The notes under the pieces are model-generated. The model ran no database searches. It had not been told where the DNA came from and worked only from the letters and a program-made list of their open reading frames with translations. A stretch of DNA of 64,000 bases from positions 1 to 64,000 of the IMG/VR virus record IMGVR_UViG_3300031853_000003. One strand, 5' to 3'. Positions 36,045 through 44,515 of the stretch are shown one piece after another; within the stretch, counting starts at the first letter, position 1, and each line of letters opens with the position of its first letter. Both the position numbers and the translations under genes were made by a program. Origin of the DNA: a virus (lineage: Duplodnaviria > Caudoviricetes).

Positions 36045-37283
36045 ATGAAAAGATACGAAATTTACGAAGGCAACTTTGAAAGACTTCAGAAGAAGCTTGC
36101 AAGGATAGAGAACAAATGCAAGACATACGGATGTAAGTTCTACTTCAAAGAGGTTGGCGAGACCTTCAAAGAGGTAGAAGATAGAGCTACCGGAGATAAG
36201 ATGACCCTTCGATTCATCATTGTAGAGGTTGAAGGAACTGCTCAGATCAATGGATGGAGATTTGTTGCTACTATCGACCATCTTGAGGCAGGCAACGTCA
36301 TTCGTCAGTTCGATGAGGCTGTCAATATTCCTGATAAGTATCGTCATACAGATCCGGTTTGCGAACACTGCCAGACATCGAGAAGGCGCAAGGATACCTT
36401 CCTCGTCTACAATGAGGAAACTCACGAATTCAAGCAGGTAGGTCGTTCTTGCCTGCTCGATTACACAGGTGGATGGTCTTCTGAGGACATCACAAGATAC
36501 ATCAGCTGGTTTGATAGCATCATCGGTGGATACGAGCTCGGCGGCGGATCTGGTTCTTACACTTATTACTATCCTGTAGACAGGATATTAGCTTGCGCAG
36601 CAGCTTGTGTTCAGAAGCTCGGTTATCATAATTCACAATCCGATGATTCTACACGTGATAGGGCAACATCCATCTACAAACTTGAGGAAGGTATTGCCAT
36701 TTATCCTCATCAGCATGAGGAGTACATGAGAGAGCTCAAGAACTCTAAGGGCATTGATGGTAGAGCAGACGATGTGGTAGCAGAAGCAAAAGCTGCTCGT
36801 GCTTGGATTCTCGCTGAAGAGGTCGACGAGTACAACAGCTACATGAACAACCTCAAGGTCATCTGCTCTTCTGAGTATTGCTCGTCCAGAAACCTCGGAT
36901 ACCTGGTGTCCCTTATCCCGACTTACTTCAAGCATCTCGAAACCGAGGCAGCTCGTGCAGAGCGTGAAGCGAAGAGAGCAAAGGCAGCATCTCAGAGCAA
37001 GCACGTAGGAAAGATCAAAGATCGTCTCACATTTGACGCAACTGCCTACTTTGTCACATCTTGTGACAGCTTCTACGGCTGGTCAGCTCTCTACAAATTC
37101 GTTACAGAAGACGGAGACGTGTTTACCTGGTGGACAAGTTCTAACGTAGACGTCGACCGTGACCGTCCTAGAAAGGTTCGTGTTACCGGTACCGTCAAGG
37201 ATCACGACGAGTACGCAGGTGTTAAGCAGACAGTGCTTACACGCTGCAAAATCGTCTATCTCGATGAAGAAGACGCAGCATAA
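36045..37283 (+). CDS. Phage protein with Zn-finger and C-terminal OB-fold-like domain
   Basis: CEHC..SRRRKDT..QVGRSCL; HVGKIKDR...VTGTVKDHDEYAGVKQTVLTRC. Confidence 0.7.
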   Translation: MKRYEIYEGNFERLQKKLARIENKCKTYGCKFYFKEVGETFKEVEDRATGDKMTLRFIIVEVEGTAQINGWRFVATIDHLEAGNVIRQFDEAVNIPDKYRHTDPVCEHCQTSRRRKDTFLVYNEETHEFKQVGRSCLLDYTGGWSSEDITRYISWFDSIIGGYELGGGSGSYTYYYPVDRILACAAACVQKLGYHNSQSDDSTRDRATSIYKLEEGIAIYPHQHEEYMRELKNSKGIDGRADDVVAEAKAARAWILAEEVDEYNSYMNNLKVICSSEYCSSRNLGYLVSLIPTYFKHLETEAARAEREAKRAKAASQSKHVGKIKDRLTFDATAYFVTSCDSFYGWSALYKFVTEDGDVFTWWTSSNVDVDRDRPRKVRVTGTVKDHDEYAGVKQTVLTRCKIVYLDEEDAA

Positions 37284-37294
37284 GGAGGTCACAT

Positions 37295-37822
37295 ATGAAT
37301 CAGGCCAAAGCAGTGATGCTAAGCACACGGACACGTAATTTCGAAGATATGTTTGAGGACATGGGTCATAGCTGGATCCTACTCAAGCGTATCCCGAAGT
37401 TACAGCCTCCGTATATGGTCTATGTATACAATTCGCATCCAAGATCAGGCGACTGGAATAAGAGTTCTGGAGAGGTCATAGGTCATTTCATCTGCATAGA
37501 GGCGGTCAAACTGCTCAGAGAGGATGGTAAGATAGATTCCTCTATCGTCAGGCCAGACGATTTCCGTATGGTAAGTGATTACATGCGGAACAATCTGAAA
37601 CCCGGTCGTCCGCTGTATGGAATGCGTGTGACCAATCCTGTAAGATACGATGAACCTCTTCCTCTTACAGCTTTCGAGAGCTGGTGCGATGAGGACTGTT
37701 ACAAGTGCAAGTACTGGGAACTTCCTTCACTTGAAGAGCCCGGCTACTGCAAACGAGAAGATTTCACAATAACATCTCCGCCTAGTGATTGGAGATACGT
37801 CATGTATAAGGAGGTCATATAA
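37295..37822 (+). CDS. ASCH/PUA-like domain protein
   Basis: AVMLS, PYMVYVY, GEVIGHFIC, YDEPLPL, PPSDWRYV. Confidence 0.55.
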   Translation: MNQAKAVMLSTRTRNFEDMFEDMGHSWILLKRIPKLQPPYMVYVYNSHPRSGDWNKSSGEVIGHFICIEAVKLLREDGKIDSSIVRPDDFRMVSDYMRNNLKPGRPLYGMRVTNPVRYDEPLPLTAFESWCDEDCYKCKYWELPSLEEPGYCKREDFTITSPPSDWRYVMYKEVI

Positions 37823-38355
37823 TGCGATGCAAGACGATTTATAAATCTCCTGGAGTCTCTGAAAGCATTGTGCGATCATACGGTAGTATGACAGCTGCAC
37901 ATGTCGACGTGATCGACATGTTGACGTTTGTCATTCTTTCTAGTTATGTTGTTCAACATAAGCAAGTAGCAGACGAGATGTATCACACACTACAGGATCG
38001 ACTCATTGCACTGTTTAAACATGATGAAGATGCACCGATTCTACAGATTGCTGATCACCTTTATGCTAACTACAATGCCATCCCTTTCTCATATATGCTA
38101 TCGTTGTATCTTGAATCCACTATTGTCGAAGGCAGTTCCGGTAACTTGAGTCTTGCCGGCGGATTTGTCTTGCAAACATCTAGACGAAACTGTAAGTTTA
38201 TTGTACCAGATGTAGGTACATACAGCTTCAAGATTGTTGATGATCCGGGAGCTGATATTCGCAGTACACTGAAGGATCTTACAAGCCGGTACGGTTTCAG
38301 TAAGGTACAGAGCATACTTGACGAAATGGAGGGTCCTCACATTGAAACAGAGTGA
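37822..38355 (+). CDS. Hypothetical protein
   Basis: AAGGAGGT RBS. Confidence 0.65.
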   Translation: MRCKTIYKSPGVSESIVRSYGSMTAAHVDVIDMLTFVILSSYVVQHKQVADEMYHTLQDRLIALFKHDEDAPILQIADHLYANYNAIPFSYMLSLYLESTIVEGSSGNLSLAGGFVLQTSRRNCKFIVPDVGTYSFKIVDDPGADIRSTLKDLTSRYGFSKVQSILDEMEGPHIETE

Positions 38356-38635
38356 TACTCCTAAGGTCATCATAAGTGATCTATACAAACTGTTCGGACG
38401 AGAAGCAGTAGAAGCTGCTATTGTCGAAGCTCGTACAGATCTTGCATATGAGCAGATCAAAGAATATCAGGACAAACTTGATGAACCTCTGAGATGTAAG
38501 TGCAGATTGGTTGGCTGTGTATACGAACCTGCTTACATCAAGGAAAATTATCCTGATTGGTATGAGGAGCTCAGTTGTCCTACTATCTGCGAAGATTGTG
38601 AGGACGGAAGGCGGTATGACGATGAAGACAAATGA
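38342..38635 (+). CDS. Cys-containing hypothetical protein
   Basis: GGAGG RBS, TTG start. Confidence 0.55.
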   Translation: MKQSDTPKVIISDLYKLFGREAVEAAIVEARTDLAYEQIKEYQDKLDEPLRCKCRLVGCVYEPAYIKENYPDWYEELSCPTICEDCEDGRRYDDEDK

Positions 38636-38984
38636 TACACGTCCTATTGATAAGATAGTTGACTCATTGAATCAGCTTCTTGAACAGGAAATGGCCTTGA
38701 TAGAGGCCTCAAATGCACCTAAAACTCGACATATTGATGCTGCAGCTGCACTTATATATGTTGTAGATCTACTCGGCAATTCCGATAAACGTGCAAACCA
38801 GATTCGTCAGCTAGATGATTTTGGGCTCGGTGCATTTCTCGAGAATATTCGACTCGATGGAGAGAAGCGCGGGCTATCATACTTCAGTGTGGAACCTCGG
38901 AAGTATCTGTATCCTGACAACTCTATCGACGAGTGGGTCAGATGGTTGAAACAGCCTGGGTCACTTGTCGAAAGGGATGACTAA
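38616..38984 (+). CDS. Hypothetical protein
   Basis: Overlap-coupled ORF. Confidence 0.6.
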   Translation: MTMKTNDTRPIDKIVDSLNQLLEQEMALIEASNAPKTRHIDAAAALIYVVDLLGNSDKRANQIRQLDDFGLGAFLENIRLDGEKRGLSYFSVEPRKYLYPDNSIDEWVRWLKQPGSLVERDD

Positions 38985-39201
38985 CAGTATGCCAGAACAC
39001 AGATTCAATTCATTAAGAAGGTGTCCTGAGTGCGGACAGGTTCCGGACATAGGATACTTAAGTTGCAACTATATCATACAAGGCACACCTAGCTGTCCTG
39101 TATGTGGAAATTCATATACTGAAGGTCACTCAACAGAATATGATATGGTTGTAGGCTGGAATAAGCGAGTGGCCAGATTCTTAGGAGAGACAACTTCATG
39201 A
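38977..39201 (+). CDS. Lar-like zinc-ribbon protein
   Basis: LRRCPECG...CPVCG...WNKR. Confidence 0.45.
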   Translation: MTNSMPEHRFNSLRRCPECGQVPDIGYLSCNYIIQGTPSCPVCGNSYTEGHSTEYDMVVGWNKRVARFLGETTS

Positions 39202-39845
39202 AATTCATAAGGATAGCCCGCAATGGGTCAGGTTGGGGCGGAATCTATCGAAGATATGTATGCGTACCGCATGAGTCCAACGTCGTTGTGAGTGCTTTTG
39301 ATCTTCCACCTAGTATGGAGAACACAACAAAGACATTTGTCTTGAAGTACAACATATTTCTACGACGGCTCTTTGATGCGGTTCCTACTTGTATTTCTAG
39401 TTATACAGGACATGGTATAATGGATGCACAGGATGACAGAATATACCGTGTCAACGATGATAACTCAGAAGATCTGCTGTTTCACACAGATATGGCATTC
39501 TATCCAAATGATCCTGAGATCACAAAAATGTTCAATGCACTTATAGAGGTGCTAAGTCTATTAGATAACAACATACTTCGAGTTGACAGTAACAATGAAC
39601 TACATGTAGACAACAACGAGCCTGTTAACGACTACGTGTGGTACGACGCAAGGCGTGTAGTGCTTGCAAACTACTGTGATTCACCGTCATATGCACATGC
39701 AACAAGTGGTCCACACTGTGATAACTGCTTGCTACAAGGTATGTCGTCTTGTAGATTCTTAGATCACCCTAAGTGGAAGGGCCACATTGATGACGAAGTG
39801 ATAGATAGATGCTACGACAGACTGATGAGTTACACAGATCGTTAA
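39198..39845 (+). CDS. Hypothetical protein
   Basis: AGGAG RBS; ATGA overlap. Confidence 0.65.
   Translation: MKFIRIARNGSGWGGIYRRYVCVPHESNVVVSAFDLPPSMENTTKTFVLKYNIFLRRLFDAVPTCISSYTGHGIMDAQDDRIYRVNDDNSEDLLFHTDMAFYPNDPEITKMFNALIEVLSLLDNNILRVDSNNELHVDNNEPVNDYVWYDARRVVLANYCDSPSYAHATSGPHCDNCLLQGMSSCRFLDHPKWKGHIDDEVIDRCYDRLMSYTDR
39839..39844 (+). promoter_or_regulatory. TCGTTA motif
   Basis: Upstream of 39878. Confidence 0.5.
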
Positions 39846-39877
39846 AGAAGTAACATCAATATACACAGGAGGCACAC

Positions 39878-40372
39878 ATGCGAAAAATGGTCAAGTTCAC
39901 AATCATCTTCGACATTGCGTTGCTGATTGCAGCCCTTGTCTTTCTTGCTGTCGGAGATACGCAGATCCAGGCATTTATCTTATTAGGTATCATGCTTGCA
40001 TCTGTGATTGCATACGGCATAGTATCAAAGTATCTTCAGGTCAAATACCGTGAGGTGACACACGTAGTTCGAGTAGAGTACGGAATCTCACAGCTTATGC
40101 TTGCGGAGCAGGATGGGCAGAGAGCACAAATTCTCTACAAGTTTGCTGAAGGAGACGATTTCTCTAAAGAAGCAACGCGTGCGTTGCTTGATTACTTTCC
40201 TACCTCTCCGTCAGATCCTATGGATAGAGCATATGTAGAGAGCATTGGTTATCTATACAACATGCAATCTGACCTTGATAGGATGTACGCATTACGAAGC
40301 TGTTCAGCGTTTGCTAAGATTCAGCAGTCACGCGAATCTATTGAGAAAGCGGAGGAGATTACTGATGAATAA
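39878..40372 (+). CDS. Two-TM membrane protein
   Basis: Two N-terminal hydrophobic helices. Confidence 0.7.
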   Translation: MRKMVKFTIIFDIALLIAALVFLAVGDTQIQAFILLGIMLASVIAYGIVSKYLQVKYREVTHVVRVEYGISQLMLAEQDGQRAQILYKFAEGDDFSKEATRALLDYFPTSPSDPMDRAYVESIGYLYNMQSDLDRMYALRSCSAFAKIQQSRESIEKAEEITDE

Positions 40373-40481
40373 TCAAGTGTTCCATTCTCTGATAATTCTG
40401 CTTGACTGCTTCTTAGCAGTATATGCTATTGCACGTCTTGTCAATCGTCTCTTCGACGAAGATCTCAGATTGTTCGATTAA
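40365..40481 (+). CDS. Small membrane peptide
   Basis: GGAGGAG RBS; MNNQVFHSLIILLDCFLAVYAIARL. Confidence 0.45.
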   Translation: MNNQVFHSLIILLDCFLAVYAIARLVNRLFDEDLRLFD

Positions 40482-40494
40482 GGAGGTTCAATAC

Positions 40495-40842
40495 ATGTTA
40501 CCCAACGAAAAACTGTATCAGTACAGATACGACTTTGACGCCCAGAAGTTTGTATTCACCGGAAAGGTAGCCGAAAATGATTCCGATACGCTCAAAATTG
40601 AGGCGGAGCAAGATCCAAAAGAGTACTATCGGTGGTATCAGCTTGCTACAAACGGCGATGATGAGACCACTGCAAAGGAGTGGGAAGATAATATCGGTGG
40701 TATCACTAATCCATCTGAGTTCTATCGCTGCAGTGTATGCGGCAAGGTCTTCTGGATGGATACCGCATACACAGCTTGGTTGAAGGAACACGGTGAGCCT
40801 GTTCCAGATACTTGTTGTGTTGAGTGTTCCGTCAATAAGTAA
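40495..40842 (+). CDS. Zinc-ribbon hypothetical protein
   Basis: AAGGAGGT RBS; CSVCG...CCVEC. Confidence 0.6.
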   Translation: MLPNEKLYQYRYDFDAQKFVFTGKVAENDSDTLKIEAEQDPKEYYRWYQLATNGDDETTAKEWEDNIGGITNPSEFYRCSVCGKVFWMDTAYTAWLKEHGEPVPDTCCVECSVNK

Positions 40843-40862
40843 ACTACACAAGGAGGTAAGGT

Positions 40863-41186
40863 ATGGCTGTATATATTCCTGGTCTTCACGTCCCTAAAAG
40901 CTGCATCTCATGTTGGTTCAATGTAGATGCTTGTTACTGCGCAAGGACTAAACAAGAGATTGACAGAGATACTTATCATCGTGAGCGTATGTCTAAGTGT
41001 CCTATGAAAGAAGTAGACGAACCGCATGGAGATCTGATTGAAAGAGATCCAATCATCAAATTCATACAAGACGGTATCAATAGGGAAGGTTCTGAATCTT
41101 TCGGCTATGACGGAGTAGAGATACTCACAGAGGTTCAGTTTGCACCGGCTGTAATACCTTCTACAAAAGAGAGCAGCGACACATAG
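40863..41186 (+). CDS. Phage hypothetical protein
   Basis: PKSCISC...CPMKEV.EPHGDLIERD. Confidence 0.65.
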   Translation: MAVYIPGLHVPKSCISCWFNVDACYCARTKQEIDRDTYHRERMSKCPMKEVDEPHGDLIERDPIIKFIQDGINREGSESFGYDGVEILTEVQFAPAVIPSTKESSDT

Positions 41187-41194
41187 TCGCTGCT
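41172..41194 (+). terminator. Hairpin/terminator
   Basis: AGCAGCGAC-acata-GTCGCTGCT. Confidence 0.6.
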
Positions 41195-41200
41195 TCGTTA
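41195..41200 (+). promoter_or_regulatory. TCGTTA motif
   Basis: Upstream of spoVT. Confidence 0.55.
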
Positions 41201-41235
41201 ATGTTTACATAGATAACCAATAGGAGGTATGCTAT

Positions 41236-41787
41236 ATGAAATCAACTGGTCTTGTTAGACGTATTGACGATCTTGGACGTGTCGTTATCCCGAAGGAGAT
41301 TCGTCGTCCGCTTCATATCCACGAAGGAGATCCATTTGAGATATACCTGGATGGTGACGGCGGAATCGTGTTCAAGAAGTATTCAGGTCTGACCTACATC
41401 GAGGATCTGATTCAGGCCTGTGCAGTATCATTGAGTCGGTCAAAGGGCTACGAGGTCCTCATCTGTGACACAGATCATATCAAAGCTGTGGAAGGCGTAA
41501 GCAAACGTCAGTTCCTAGGATGCAGAATTTCGTCGGATGTCGAAGTCGTCCTCCGTAGCTATAAGCCGTATGTAAGATGCTCGACGTCTCCTCTGGTTAA
41601 AGCTGTTGACGGAGAGCAGAGATCTGCTGATATTGTCCATCCTATCATTTCTAAGGGAGAGGTCATCGGCGCCATTATCATTCTCTGCAAAGACGAGCCT
41701 AGTAGCGAGAATAAGCCGTCTCCTGAGATGGTGAGTGACGTCCAGCTTGCAGCTTCTATGCTCGGTTACATGAACAGCATGGACTGA
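41236..41787 (+). CDS. spoVT: Stage V sporulation protein T homolog (AbrB-type N-domain plus GAF-like C-domain)
   Basis: MKSTGLVRRIDDLGRVVIPKEIRR.L.I.EGDP.EI..KKYS; ICDTD.I.AV.G; PIISKGEVIGAII; 183 aa. Confidence 0.85.
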   Translation: MKSTGLVRRIDDLGRVVIPKEIRRPLHIHEGDPFEIYLDGDGGIVFKKYSGLTYIEDLIQACAVSLSRSKGYEVLICDTDHIKAVEGVSKRQFLGCRISSDVEVVLRSYKPYVRCSTSPLVKAVDGEQRSADIVHPIISKGEVIGAIIILCKDEPSSENKPSPEMVSDVQLAASMLGYMNSMD

Positions 41788-41803
41788 TCTTAGGAGGTGC
41801 ACA

Positions 41804-42205
41804 ATGAAACTCAAAGATAGGCTTGTAACTATGTTGGGTGGTCGCACTTCTGATGAATACACTGCCATAGAGAAGAAATACGATGATATTGCTACAGAGT
41901 ATGAGGCCATGAAGGCTTGGAATGTCAGAAGAGATGCCAAACTTCAAGAACTGATAGATCAGCTTTCACGCATGCATGTAACACCTATCCGTTCTGAGAT
42001 GCTTGTAGACGTGATGATGGTATCATCTGTAGAGGACAGTGTTCTTCAGAAGCGCGCTGAACAACATTTCTCCGAGGACATCGGCAACTATCTTGTAGAT
42101 AATGATCTGGTCAAAATCACACGTCATAGAAATGAACGTGGCGACCTGGTCTTCCAGGCAAACATCTCAATCATCGATGCGCGATATGTCGAGGAGGAGA
42201 AATGA
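41804..42205 (+). CDS. Hypothetical protein
   Basis: AGGAGGT RBS. Confidence 0.65.
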   Translation: MKLKDRLVTMLGGRTSDEYTAIEKKYDDIATEYEAMKAWNVRRDAKLQELIDQLSRMHVTPIRSEMLVDVMMVSSVEDSVLQKRAEQHFSEDIGNYLVDNDLVKITRHRNERGDLVFQANISIIDARYVEEEK

Positions 42206-42693
42206 GGCGGTCACTGGAAGCAAAAGATGTGTACTACAGGGTCAAGTTACCTGGCCACAGTGAGTATACATATGGTTACTTGATACCTCTTGGATTTGAT
42301 GCATTTGCACTGTGCGAAGAGATGTTAGGAAACCAAGTATCTCTATCAGATCTGCAGTCCGGTAAAGTAACCGTCACCCTCAACAATATACATCTTGTAA
42401 GAGGAGTAGACGTCCAGAAACGATATACTCCTATCAATAGCGAGTCTTTTGCAGTATATCAAGGTGATGTATTGTTCCTGAGCGGAATACCTAATGTGAC
42501 GAAAGACCGATACTTCATAGTTGCGTATGATGGAGTTCATTGGGAAGCAGTAGAAGTGACGAAATCAGGTCGCACAACTGGATTTCGCGCAGACGTAGAT
42601 TCGTTACTGAGTAATGGTGCAATCGTAATATCCTCTGTAGACCAAACATTCAAGCCTACTAAGCAGGATTGGAAGGTGGTGAAGAAGAAATGA
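42202..42693 (+). CDS. Hypothetical protein
   Basis: ATGA overlap. Confidence 0.65.
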   Translation: MRRSLEAKDVYYRVKLPGHSEYTYGYLIPLGFDAFALCEEMLGNQVSLSDLQSGKVTVTLNNIHLVRGVDVQKRYTPINSESFAVYQGDVLFLSGIPNVTKDRYFIVAYDGVHWEAVEVTKSGRTTGFRADVDSLLSNGAIVISSVDQTFKPTKQDWKVVKKK

Positions 42694-43058
42694 TCCGACT
42701 TGATTTCAAGAAACAGAACGACAATGGATCAATCTTCTATCGGTATCAGTTAGACGATAAGATCGTCTTCTGGTTCTCACTTTATAATAGTCGTAACATA
42801 TACAGTATCCGCGCATCAGATAATGAGCTGCTTCCGACAAGCCGTCTGTTTCCGACAAGCCATATAGAGCTGTTCCTATATACCGATAACTATGAACCCT
42901 ACTACTTTGACAAAGTTGTCATTTCAGGTTCTTGCTTGCGGGGCACCGTCGAGGAAGTAGAGAAGTACATTGAAGAAGTTAAACTTGCACAATCCATTGC
43001 GCGTGAGATAGAGGACTTCTTCAGAAACAGATTTTTACAAGAGGAGGTAGATACATGA
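42690..43058 (+). CDS. Hypothetical protein
   Basis: ATGA overlap. Confidence 0.65.
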   Translation: MIRLDFKKQNDNGSIFYRYQLDDKIVFWFSLYNSRNIYSIRASDNELLPTSRLFPTSHIELFLYTDNYEPYYFDKVVISGSCLRGTVEEVEKYIEEVKLAQSIAREIEDFFRNRFLQEEVDT

Positions 43059-43393
43059 TGTTAGCTGGACTGCTGTTTGTATCTGTAGCCTTCGGGATAC
43101 TGACTGGGCTTGGCTCATCACTGCTGTTCAACTACACGTTGATACGAAACAAACATCTCTCACCTGGAGATTACATCTACTATGTGCGAGGTGATGAAGT
43201 AATCACTTCAGTAGTAGACATAACTCTGCTGAAAGATGACGGAGTACAATATCATGTAACTGTACCCGATACAGATTTCGACATTGATGGATTTGTTGTA
43301 AACGACTACGAGTTCGGAGACGGAGCATTCACTGACATTGATGATGCAGTTCTTCGAGTGCTTGAACTCAGTGAGTCATCTGTACCTGCATAA
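43055..43393 (+). CDS. Membrane-anchored hypothetical protein
   Basis: N-terminal hydrophobic helix; GGAGGT RBS. Confidence 0.65.
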   Translation: MMLAGLLFVSVAFGILTGLGSSLLFNYTLIRNKHLSPGDYIYYVRGDEVITSVVDITLLKDDGVQYHVTVPDTDFDIDGFVVNDYEFGDGAFTDIDDAVLRVLELSESSVPA

Positions 43394-43401
43394 CCGTCAG
43401 A

Positions 43402-43411
43402 ACCTTTTATA
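43402..43411 (+). promoter_or_regulatory. ACCTTNNATA motif
   Basis: ACCTTTTATA before the chaperone gene. Confidence 0.65.
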
Positions 43412-43469
43412 CATATTGACGTACCAACGTCTTATCTAATTCTAAAACTGTTAGGAGAGATACAATAGT

Positions 43470-44291
43470 ATGCCTGCACTTACTGAAAAGATCGAACTTC
43501 TTGGCAAAGGCCTGTATGAAAAGATTCCCGATGAACTGACCCTTCGAGGTATTCCTACAGTGTCAGAGCTTGAGTATGTAAGTAGCGAAGACTTTGACTC
43601 AACTATGCTCGACAAGATCCTGCCGGAAGCTATCGAAGAGAAGATCAACCCTCGAGACCTTCTCGAGATCGACTACAACTGGGTCTGCAGATGTCTGCGA
43701 TTCCTCAACTACGGTCCGTATTACACCACCAATGCAATCTGGTGTGGTCATTGCGGTAAAACACACTACGGCGAATACACAGTCGACCTGAGAAGCATCA
43801 ACACACTTCCTCTGCCGAAGGCCTTTGTCAACTCAATGACTATCAAGAGAGATGAGTTCCTCGACTTCAACGGAGATGTTACTTTCAAGCTGCCGACGAT
43901 TCAGCAGAAGCTCAACTGGGAGAAGGACAATGCATTCAAGCGTGCTGACGGATCCATCAACAGAGAGCTTGCAAGAATCTGCTATGTCATCAAGTCACTT
44001 GGCAGTTATACAAACATGACCCCGTTCGAGTACAAGGCTGTTATCGAGAAGGAGTTCTCTCCCGCGGACTACGTTGTCCTGAAGAATAAGGTCATCGAGA
44101 TGTCCAACTACGGCCTGAGAGCTGCGGGTACTGCACAGTGTCCGGTATGCGGTGAAAAAGATGCCAGCTTCCTCGCGCTAACCACGGAGAGATTTTTTCG
44201 TCCGACCCTGGGAGATCTCCACGCATGGAAACGAGATAGAAGTAAGAGGGCAAATGAAAACACTGCTGGAGATAAGACAGCAGCTGTATGA
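43470..44291 (+). CDS. Tail/baseplate-hub assembly chaperone (T4 gp26-like)
   Basis: CGHCG and CPVCG, DLLEIDYNW..LR...YG, FFRP; precedes the tape measure gene. Confidence 0.65.
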   Translation: MPALTEKIELLGKGLYEKIPDELTLRGIPTVSELEYVSSEDFDSTMLDKILPEAIEEKINPRDLLEIDYNWVCRCLRFLNYGPYYTTNAIWCGHCGKTHYGEYTVDLRSINTLPLPKAFVNSMTIKRDEFLDFNGDVTFKLPTIQQKLNWEKDNAFKRADGSINRELARICYVIKSLGSYTNMTPFEYKAVIEKEFSPADYVVLKNKVIEMSNYGLRAAGTAQCPVCGEKDASFLALTTERFFRPTLGDLHAWKRDRSKRANENTAGDKTAAV

Positions 44292-44454
44292 GAACATTGT
44301 TGACGAGACGTTATTCATATCGAGAGCATCTGAAGGCGCTGTATCAGCCGAATGGTTGATGGATCAGCCAATCTTCGTCCGAAAGAAATACGTCAAGTCA
44401 TTTACAGAAGAGCTCAAAGCTCGTGAGCAAGCTCTTAACAAGAAAAAGCACTAA
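44254..44454 (+). CDS. Second tail assembly chaperone ORF (possible frameshift extension)
   Basis: LMDQPIFVRKKYV pattern; its frame is open back to 44182. Confidence 0.6.
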   Translation: MKTLLEIRQQLYENIVDETLFISRASEGAVSAEWLMDQPIFVRKKYVKSFTEELKAREQALNKKKH

Positions 44455-44460
44455 TCATTC

Positions 44461-44491
44461 AGGGTGAATCATATCACGGTTCACCCTTTTA
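44461..44491 (+). terminator. Intrinsic terminator
   Basis: AGGGTGAATC...GGTTCACCCT-TTT. Confidence 0.65.
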
Positions 44492-44515
44492 TTATATTAG
44501 AAGGAGGCGGTAGTA

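Noticed and set aside
23143-36425. Long minus-strand ORFs such as 23143-23790, 34433-35047 and 35826-36425
   Set aside because: Antisense shadows of well-supported plus-strand genes, with no RBS or recognisable motifs
42832-42861. TTCCGACAAGCC repeated at an 18-nt period
   Set aside because: A single in-frame micro-duplication (LPTSR/FPTSH) with no sign of wider function
44192-44235. Canonical -1 frameshift at the T6 run
   Set aside because: The -1 frame reaches TAG after about 13 codons and does not join the downstream ORF
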